Assembly (NCBI GenBank): GCA_041941765.1
Contig: CP145869.1
Location: 340,011-372,010, forward strand
From: Candidatus Saccharimonadota bacterium
GTDB lineage: Bacteria; Pseudomonadota; Gammaproteobacteria; Enterobacterales; Enterobacteriaceae
Length of the DNA stretch: 32,000 nt
Direction: 5' to 3'
The notes beneath the pieces were generated by a model. It was not told the DNA's origin. It searched no databases and saw nothing but the letters and a program-made list of their open reading frames with translations. The first letter of the stretch is position 1. The number at the start of each line of letters is the position of its first letter. Below are positions 21,447 to 27,881 of this stretch, one piece after another. Made by a program: the position numbers and the translations under genes.

Positions 21447-22739
21447 TTATAAATTAAGTATTAATAATGCAAAATTTAGTTGAATATTAGTGGAAACTGG
21501 TATCCAAACTAAATGACCATTACCAGGGGCTATATTAATAGACTGAAATTGATGGTTTTCTATAAATGTTATTTTACTATGAAGATTATTAGATGGAGAA
21601 ATAATTTCAATACTATCGCCTTTAGAGAATTTATTTTTGACTGCTACTTGTGCTAAATCTCCTCTACGTTTTCCAGTAAATTCTCCTATAAATTTTTGTT
21701 TTTTAGATATAGAATAGCTGTAATCAAAATTTTGTAAATTATTATGACGAGATAAAAAGCCTTCAGTATAACCTCTATGCGATAAGCCTTCTAGTTTTTC
21801 TAATAGCAAATGATTAAATGATTTTCCTAATATAGCATCATCAATTGCTTTTCGATAAATTTGTGTAGTTCTTGCACAATAATAAAAAGATTTTGTTCGT
21901 CCTTCTATTTTAAATGAATGTACACCAATTTTCATTAAACGTTCTATATGTCTTATGCCTCGTAAATCTTTTGAATTAAAAATATAAGTTCCATGTTCAT
22001 CTTCAAAAGATGTCATATAATCTTTTTCTGAATCCTCAGGATTTTTTATTAAAAATAATTTTTTAGTAGTAGATTTATTAGATTGATGAAAAGGAACAAT
22101 ATTTCCTATATTATCTTCTTTACCTTCTTGAACGCTATATTTCCATCGACAATTATTAGTACATGCCCCTTGATTGGAATCTCTTTTATTAATATAATTA
22201 GATAATAAACATCGTCCGGAATATGCCATACACATTGCACCATGAATAAAAATTTCCAATTCCATATCCGGAACAACTGCATGTATTTCTTCAATTTCTT
22301 CTAAAGAGAGTTCTCTAGATAAGATTATTCTTTTTAAACCTATTTTATGCCAAAATAATACGGCAGCCCAATTTACTGTATTAGCTTGTACTGATAAATG
22401 AATCGGAATGGTAGGACAAACATCTTGGATCAACATTATTACTCCTGGATCTGAAACAATTAAAGCATCTGGTTTTAAATCAATAATAGATTTTAAATCA
22501 TGAATTAATGTTTTGATTTTTGAATTATGTGGAGTAATATTTATTACAATATAAAATTTTTTTTTAAGCAGATGAGCTTCATTAATGCCTATTTGTAATT
22601 GTTCATAATTAAATTCATTATTACGAACACGTAAACTATAACGTGGAGATCCAGCATAAACTGCATCGGCACCATAAGCAAAAGCATAACGCATATTTTT
22701 TAAGGTACCAGCAGGAGAGAGTAATTCAGCTTTAAACAT
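21447..22739 (-). CDS. yegQ: Peptidase U32 family protein YegQ (TrhP, tRNA U34 hydroxylation pathway)
   Basis: 430-aa ORF. The N-terminus MFKAELLSPAGTLKNMRYAFAYGADAVYAGSPRYSLRVRNNEF is nearly identical to E. coli YegQ, and HGAMCMAYSGRCLLSNYINKRDSNQGACTNNCRW is also conserved. Confidence 0.9.
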   Translation of the reverse strand: MFKAELLSPAGTLKNMRYAFAYGADAVYAGSPRYSLRVRNNEFNYEQLQIGINEAHLLKKKFYIVINITPHNSKIKTLIHDLKSIIDLKPDALIVSDPGVIMLIQDVCPTIPIHLSVQANTVNWAAVLFWHKIGLKRIILSRELSLEEIEEIHAVVPDMELEIFIHGAMCMAYSGRCLLSNYINKRDSNQGACTNNCRWKYSVQEGKEDNIGNIVPFHQSNKSTTKKLFLIKNPEDSEKDYMTSFEDEHGTYIFNSKDLRGIRHIERLMKIGVHSFKIEGRTKSFYYCARTTQIYRKAIDDAILGKSFNHLLLEKLEGLSHRGYTEGFLSRHNNLQNFDYSYSISKKQKFIGEFTGKRRGDLAQVAVKNKFSKGDSIEIISPSNNLHSKITFIENHQFQSINIAPGNGHLVWIPVSTNIQLNFALLILNL

Positions 22740-22912
22740 TTAATAAATATTATCTATATAAATTTTCGATATGGAGATTAGAAATTGTTAAAACAATAAG
22801 ATTGTTAATGTATAATAAATATTAATTATATTAGGTATTATGATGAATGTAAATGCGAATATTATAATATTGCTAATAAGGTTTCTTTATTAATTTATTA
22901 AGGAGAAAATTT

Positions 22913-23806
22913 ATGATGAAACGTATTATTCTTTTTATAATTACAAATTTTAGTATAATGTTAATAATTGGATTAGTTCTTTCTATTGTAGGTATTAATT
23001 CGCATAATATTCTACAACTTCTAATATTAGCTGGATTTACAGGTTTTGGAGGATCATTAATTTCTCTCTTTTTATCAAAAAAACTAGCTTTGAAGTCAGT
23101 AGCTGGAACAGTAATTACGAAACCTAATGATGAAGATCAAAAATGGCTTATAGAAACTATTTCAAAACAAGCGAAAAAAATGCGTATTACTATGCCTGAA
23201 GTAGTTATTTATCCGGCAACAGATCTTAATGCATTTACTACAGGTCCTAATCATAATAATTCATTAATTGCAGTATCTACTAGTTTATTAAAAAATATGA
23301 CTAAAGATGAAGTTGAAGCAGTTTTAGCACATGAAATGAGTCATATTTATAATGGTGATATGGTTACTATGACTTTACTTCAAGGAATAGCAAATACTTT
23401 TGTATTTTTTATTTCACATTTACTAACTCAATTGTTTTATTCATTAAATCCTAATTCTAATACTAATTCTAGTATTTCTAATTATGTTACAAGTTTTGTG
23501 ATTTCAATTTTACAAACAGTAATTGGATTATTTGCTACTATTATTATAATGTGGTTTTCACGTAAACGTGAATTTTATGCAGATGCTGGTTCAGCGAAAT
23601 TGGTAGGAAGTGATAAAATGATTGCTGCATTGCAACGTTTAGAATCTACAATTGCACAACCATCCCAAGAAATAATAAGTCCTCTAAAACCGTTTTGTAT
23701 TAATGGTGAGAGTAAAAAACATGCTTTTTTAATGGGAATTTTTATGTCACATCCTTCTATACAACAACGTATTAAAGCCTTACGTAGTTTAAAATATCTC
23801 AAATAA
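22913..23806 (+). CDS. htpX: Membrane zinc metalloprotease HtpX
   Basis: 297-aa ORF with N-terminal TM helices, the HEMSH zinc motif (AHEMSHIYNGDMVTMTLLQG), REFYADAGSAKLVG and MSHPSIQQRIKAL. An aaggagaa SD lies upstream. Confidence 0.93.
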   Translation: MMKRIILFIITNFSIMLIIGLVLSIVGINSHNILQLLILAGFTGFGGSLISLFLSKKLALKSVAGTVITKPNDEDQKWLIETISKQAKKMRITMPEVVIYPATDLNAFTTGPNHNNSLIAVSTSLLKNMTKDEVEAVLAHEMSHIYNGDMVTMTLLQGIANTFVFFISHLLTQLFYSLNPNSNTNSSISNYVTSFVISILQTVIGLFATIIIMWFSRKREFYADAGSAKLVGSDKMIAALQRLESTIAQPSQEIISPLKPFCINGESKKHAFLMGIFMSHPSIQQRIKALRSLKYLK

Positions 23807-23834
23807 AAAATATTTATTATAAATAGGATGATAA

Positions 23835-24539
23835 ATGCGAATCTTAGCCATTGATACATCTACTGATGTATGTTCAGTAGCATTTTTTAATAATGGAGAA
23901 ATTAGCTCACAATTGAAATATTCTTCAAAAAAACATGCTAAAATCCTTTTATCTATGATACTGAATCTTCTTAGTAAATCAGAAATATCTTTAAATCAAC
24001 TTGATGCTTTAGCATATAATTGCGGTCCAGGTAGTTTTACTGGATTGCGTATTGGAATTAGCATAGTTCAAGGAATTGGGTTAGGAAAAAATTTACCTCT
24101 AATTGGAATATCTTCATTAGCTGTAGTAGCAGAAACTGCTTGGTATTTAACTAAAATTAAAAGAGTGTTAGTAGCACTTAATGCCTATAGGAGGAAAATA
24201 TATTGGGCTAAATATCAACGTAGTAATTTATTCAATTCGATTTGGAAAGGAGTGGAAACTGAAACAATACTGAAACCATTAAATGTAAAATCGGAAATAT
24301 CTAGTTTAAATGGAATGTGGTGTGTAGCTGGAAATGGATGGGATATATATCCAGAATTAATGGATATAAAAAAATTATATGTATCTACTTCAATCAGTAT
24401 TATACCTATAGCATATAATATTTTACCTTTAGCTATAATTAAATATAAAAAAGGTAATATTTGTTCAGCTGATTGTAGTCTTGTTGAGCTACATTATGAT
24501 TATTTATCCTCCTCAGGGTGGAAGAAATCTTTCCCCTGA
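23835..24539 (+). CDS. tsaB: tRNA t6A37 biosynthesis protein TsaB (YeaZ)
   Basis: 234-aa ORF with MRILAIDTSTDVCSVA and GPGSFTGLRIGISIVQGIGLG, typical of TsaB/YeaZ. Confidence 0.88.
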   Translation: MRILAIDTSTDVCSVAFFNNGEISSQLKYSSKKHAKILLSMILNLLSKSEISLNQLDALAYNCGPGSFTGLRIGISIVQGIGLGKNLPLIGISSLAVVAETAWYLTKIKRVLVALNAYRRKIYWAKYQRSNLFNSIWKGVETETILKPLNVKSEISSLNGMWCVAGNGWDIYPELMDIKKLYVSTSISIIPIAYNILPLAIIKYKKGNICSADCSLVELHYDYLSSSGWKKSFP

Positions 24540-24613
24540 TATGATTAAGATTGAAGTTTCGTAATACCCAAAAATTATTTCTTACTTAATAAATTTTGAG
24601 ATAATAAATTTAT

Positions 24614-25035
24614 TCATTGATCTTCTAATATAAAACGTGAGCTTAAGACTTCTCCTACTTTAGATAAAGCCTTTTTAAAATCTAGATAATTATCATCATT
24701 AATACTAACACATAAATATATATCATATAATTTTCTTAAACAATGTGTATTATTTTGTAATGCAACAATAATTTTTGTAATACAGAAATTATTTTCTTGT
24801 AAAACATGACTATTAATAGGCGTGTATAAACATAAAAATGTCCAGATGATAAATAATCTAATAAATATGAGCAAAAAATAGTTATGGTTTTTTCATCAAT
24901 TACTTCATAAATTTTTTTATGAGGTTTAAAACCTATAAGATTATAATACGCTATAAGTAGTCTTTGTCGTGTTTTTAATAGACCATCTACAATAGATTGA
25001 TTTATAGTAATATTTTTTTTTAATTGATTTAGCAT
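24614..25035 (-). pseudogene. rsd: Regulator of sigma D (Rsd), interrupted by a frameshift; appears as two overlapping ORFs
   Basis: ORF 24736..25047 encodes MLNQL...LLIAYYNLIGFKP...FCSYLLDYLSSGHFYVYTRLL, matching E. coli Rsd residues 1 to about 77. ORF 24614..24874, in a different frame, encodes ...HVLQENN...NDDNYLDFKKALSKVGEVLSSRFILEDQ*, matching the Rsd C-terminal half. The frames switch around 24806-24818. The span 25035..24614 is 422 nt, which is not a multiple of 3. The likely start is the ATG at 25035, with a ggag SD at 25042-25045. Confidence 0.75.
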
Positions 25036-25403
25036 ATTAAACTCCATACATAACTATTTTATTATTAATTTATAATTATTACACTTAATTGAAAAATTAG
25101 AATGTAATTAATTTTTTTAATAACAATTAGTAGTAATAATAATTCTTAGGATATAAAAAAATGACTTAGTGATGATCTTACGATTGTTTTTTACTTGTAT
25201 TGTAATATAAGATATAGAACAATAAAAAACTTGATCAAATTAGGAAAGAATAAGAATTATTAAAAAAGTTAAAATTATCCATAAAATGAATTAATATTCA
25301 TTGAACTAATAAAATATGAGAAATTAAAAAAAATTTTAATAAAATATTTAAATTTTAAATAGAGTTAGTAACTCTCATAAAATAATCTAAGGATAATTAC
25401 ATT

Positions 25404-25676
25404 ATGAATAAGACTCAACTGATTGAAAAAATAGCAAAAAAATCTGCCTTATCTAAGTTACAAGCAAAAATAGCATTAGAATCTACTCTAACTTCTATCA
25501 CAGAATGTCTTCAAGCAGGTGAAATAGTACAAATAATTGGTTTTGGAACCTTTAAAGTCAATCATCGTGCTGAACGAATAGGACGTAATCCTCAAACTGG
25601 GCAAGAAATTAAAATAGCTGCTACTAATGTTCCTGCTTTTGTATCTGGTAAACTTTTAAAAAAAGCAGTTAAATAA
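25404..25676 (+). CDS. hupA: DNA-binding protein HU-alpha
   Basis: 90-aa [14 protein letters not shown]...[45 protein letters not shown] is closest to E. coli HupA rather than HupB. An aaggat SD lies upstream. Confidence 0.93.
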   Translation: MNKTQLIEKIAKKSALSKLQAKIALESTLTSITECLQAGEIVQIIGFGTFKVNHRAERIGRNPQTGQEIKIAATNVPAFVSGKLLKKAVK

Positions 25677-25694
25677 TAAAAATGGCCTCAAATC

Positions 25695-25715
25695 GGGGTG
25701 GATTTTATCTACCCC
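25695..25715 (+). terminator. Probable rho-independent terminator after hupA
   Basis: ggggtgga-tttta-tctacccc: an 8-bp stem with one G:U pair and a GC-rich base, 19 nt after the hupA stop, followed by a modest T-containing tract (ttgaatattt). Confidence 0.5.
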
Positions 25716-25771
25716 TTGAATATTTAAATCTCGGAAATTAATAATTTTAATTATAGCAAATTACTATTTAT

Positions 25772-26374
25772 ATGAAACTAAAAAAACTTGGTATATTTTT
25801 ATATATATTTTTATTTTTAATAAATTCAATTATTGCAGCTCCTTTTATTGAGGGAGAACATTATATGACATTGAATAAACCAATTTATGGTATACCAAAA
25901 GTAGTAGAATTTTTTTCGTTTTTATGTCCTCATTGTTATCAGTTTGAATCTCTTTTTCATCAAAAAATAAATATTTCCTCTCAATCTCAAATTAAAACTT
26001 TTAAATATCATATTGCAATATCTTCAAATGAAGAACTTTTAACTAAAGTTTGGAGTATTGCAATCGCTTTAGGAATAGAAAAACAGACTATTTTACCAAT
26101 ATATAATACTATTATTAATAATAAAATCTTGTCTTATAATACTTTTTGTAAAATATTTACTAATTTAGGTATTTCTAAAAGAAATTATGATTATTTATGG
26201 AATAGTTATACTATAAGATTATTAACTGTAAAACAGCAACAATCAGCTAAAAGAATAGGAGTAATACAAGTTCCTACGATAGTTGTAAATGGAAAATATA
26301 TCATTAAAAATGATATGATAAAGAATTTACAAGAATATAATAAAATAATTAGCTATCTTTATAATCTACACTAA
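25772..26374 (+). CDS. dsbA: Periplasmic thiol:disulfide oxidoreductase DsbA
   Basis: 200-aa ORF with a signal-peptide-like N-terminus, the active site FFSFLCPHCYQFE (CPHC), and VPTIVVNGKY near the C-terminus. It lies next to polA, as in E. coli. Confidence 0.87.
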   Translation: MKLKKLGIFLYIFLFLINSIIAAPFIEGEHYMTLNKPIYGIPKVVEFFSFLCPHCYQFESLFHQKINISSQSQIKTFKYHIAISSNEELLTKVWSIAIALGIEKQTILPIYNTIINNKILSYNTFCKIFTNLGISKRNYDYLWNSYTIRLLTVKQQQSAKRIGVIQVPTIVVNGKYIIKNDMIKNLQEYNKIISYLYNLH

Positions 26375-26390
26375 ATTTAGTTTAGATTTT

Positions 26391-27293
26391 ATGAATATTA
26401 ATAAATTGAATTCTTGTTTTTTAATTGATGGAACTTTTTATGTTTATAAAGCTTATTATGCGTTACCTGCTTTAACTAATAGTTTAGGAGAACCTACTGG
26501 TGCAATTTATGGTGTATTGAATATGCTTAATAATATTTTAGAAAATTATAATCCGAAATATATGTTAGTAGTTTTTGATGCTCCACAAAAAACTTTTCGA
26601 CATAAATTATTTCCTCAATATAAATCACATAGATTATCTATGCCTAATTCTTTACAGCTTCAAATTCAACCATTATATAATATAATTAAGGCTATGGGAA
26701 TTCCTATATTAATAGCACAAGGAGGTGTAGAAGCTGATGATATTATTGGTAGTTTAGCACAATCTATAGAACTTCAAGGAGGTACAGTTTTTATAGATAG
26801 TAATGATAAAGATATAGCACAATTGGTTACATCTAATATTAGAGTAATAAATACGAGCAATAATACAATTCTAGGACCATTAGAAGTTTGGAAGAAATAT
26901 GGAGTACCTCCTAATTTAATGATTGATCTTATAGCCTTAATGGGAGATTCTTCAGATAATATTCCTGGAATACCAGGAATAGGCATTAAAACTGCACAAA
27001 AATTATTAACTTATATAGGTAATCTTAATAAAATATTTTCTAATCTACGTAAAGTAGCTGAACTCTCTTTTCCAAGAGCTAAATCTTTAGCATTAAAATT
27101 AGAAAAATCTAAAGATATAGTATTTCTTTATCGTATTCTTGCTACTATAAACACTAATATTCCGATTCAAATGAATTATAATGAATTAAGAGTAACTAAA
27201 CCCAATCGAAACCAATTCCTAAGATTGTGTCAATATTATGAATTTAAAAATTGGATCCATAAAATAAAAAAAGATCTATGTAATTTAAAATAA
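26391..27293 (+). CDS. polA: DNA polymerase I reduced to its 5'-3' exonuclease (FEN) domain
   Basis: 300-aa ORF collinear with E. coli PolA residues 1 to about 320 (LIDGxxYxYxAYxAxPxLTNSxGEPTGAxYGVLNML, VVFDA, GVEADDIIG, DKDxAQLV, ALMGDSSDNIPGIPGIG). The stop falls where the Klenow fragment would begin. It shows synteny with dsbA. Confidence 0.88.
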   Translation: MNINKLNSCFLIDGTFYVYKAYYALPALTNSLGEPTGAIYGVLNMLNNILENYNPKYMLVVFDAPQKTFRHKLFPQYKSHRLSMPNSLQLQIQPLYNIIKAMGIPILIAQGGVEADDIIGSLAQSIELQGGTVFIDSNDKDIAQLVTSNIRVINTSNNTILGPLEVWKKYGVPPNLMIDLIALMGDSSDNIPGIPGIGIKTAQKLLTYIGNLNKIFSNLRKVAELSFPRAKSLALKLEKSKDIVFLYRILATINTNIPIQMNYNELRVTKPNRNQFLRLCQYYEFKNWIHKIKKDLCNLK

Positions 27294-27430
27294 TAAATTT
27301 TAATTAATTAGATCAATGTATTTTTATTGAAAAATAAATATTAATTTAATATTGTTTCTTATATTAACATATTAATTAATAGTAGTATGTAATAATAATT
27401 TATATGTAATGATATTAATTAAATCAAATA

Positions 27431-27514
27431 TGCCCAGAGCGGGATTCGAACCCACATAGCTATATTGCTGAGGGATTTTAAGTCCCTTGTGTCTACCACT
27501 TCCACCATCCGGGC
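27431..27514 (-). tRNA. leuZ: tRNA-Leu (anticodon UAA), class II long variable arm, no encoded CCA
   Basis: The reverse complement gcccggatggtggaagtggtagacacaagggacTTAAaatccct... folds as a cloverleaf: a 7-bp acceptor stem with one G:U, anticodon stem aggga/tccct, loop ctTAAaa, and T-arm gtgggttcgaatcccgc. It is close to E. coli leuZ. Confidence 0.9.
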
Positions 27515-27536
27515 TATAATAAATACTTCTTAAGTG

Positions 27537-27607
27537 AGGCGCGTCTCGGAATTGAACCGAACTATACGGATTTGCAATCCGTTGCATAACCACTCTGCCA
27601 ACGCGCC
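27537..27607 (-). tRNA. cysT: tRNA-Cys (anticodon GCA), no encoded CCA
   Basis: The reverse complement ggcgcgttggcagagtggttatgcaacggattGCAaatccgtatagttcggttcaattccgagacgcgcct has a perfect 7-bp acceptor stem, anticodon stem acgga/tccgt, loop ttGCAaa and discriminator U. The order cysT-leuZ matches the E. coli glyW-cysT-leuZ operon. Confidence 0.9.
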
Positions 27608-27881
27608 ATATATAATAATATTTTTATTAATTTTACTCAATAAGTTAATATTATTAAATTAGTTTTTTGTATTTTTGCTATAAAAAATAATTATTTATTG
27701 CAACTAAAAATAGTTTATATAATAAAAATAACACTTTTAGTAAAAAAAAGTAAATAAATAAATTATATATAATAAGTATTATTAATTAATTTGATATATT
27801 TTAAAAATATAGATTTATTTTTTAATGTATTTAATAGTTAATAAACATGAAGACTTTTTATTTAATTAAACTTTTTTCAAA

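Noticed and set aside
22106-22294. 62-aa ORF on the same strand as yegQ but in another frame.
   Set aside because: It lies entirely inside the well-conserved yegQ coding sequence. It is an alternative-frame artefact with no independent signal.
23575-23859. 94-aa ORF antisense to the htpX 3' end and the tsaB start.
   Set aside because: It is antisense to two conserved genes, has no RBS and shows no recognisable similarity. It is a typical shadow ORF.
24588-24614. 9-bp inverted repeat aataaattt / aaatttatt between tsaB and rsd as a terminator.
   Set aside because: The stem is entirely A:T with a 9-nt loop, so its predicted stability is very low. It overlaps the rsd stop. It is not convincing as an intrinsic terminator.
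24800-24825. Programmed ribosomal frameshift or transcriptional slippage as an explanation for the split rsd.
   Set aside because: The frame-switch region (acacgcctattaatagtcatg on the coding strand) has no homopolymer, no X XXY YYZ heptamer and no prfB-like stop/SD arrangement. A plain indel (a real mutation or a sequencing error) is the simpler explanation.
26774-26986. 70-aa ORF antisense to polA.
   Set aside because: It is a shadow ORF opposite the conserved GDSSDNIPGIPGIG region. Its apparent PGIPGIP repeat simply mirrors that motif.
27372-27593. 73-aa minus-strand ORF.
   Set aside because: It is made up almost entirely of the tRNA-Cys and tRNA-Leu genes, whose GC-rich sequence keeps a frame open. 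It is not a CDS.
27608-27650. Sigma-70 promoter for cysT-leuZ (minus strand TTGAGT-17 nt-TATTAT).
   Set aside because: The -10 hexamer ends only 4 nt before the mature tRNA-Cys 5' end, so the expected start would fall inside the tRNA. Similar hexamers are abundant in this AT-rich spacer.
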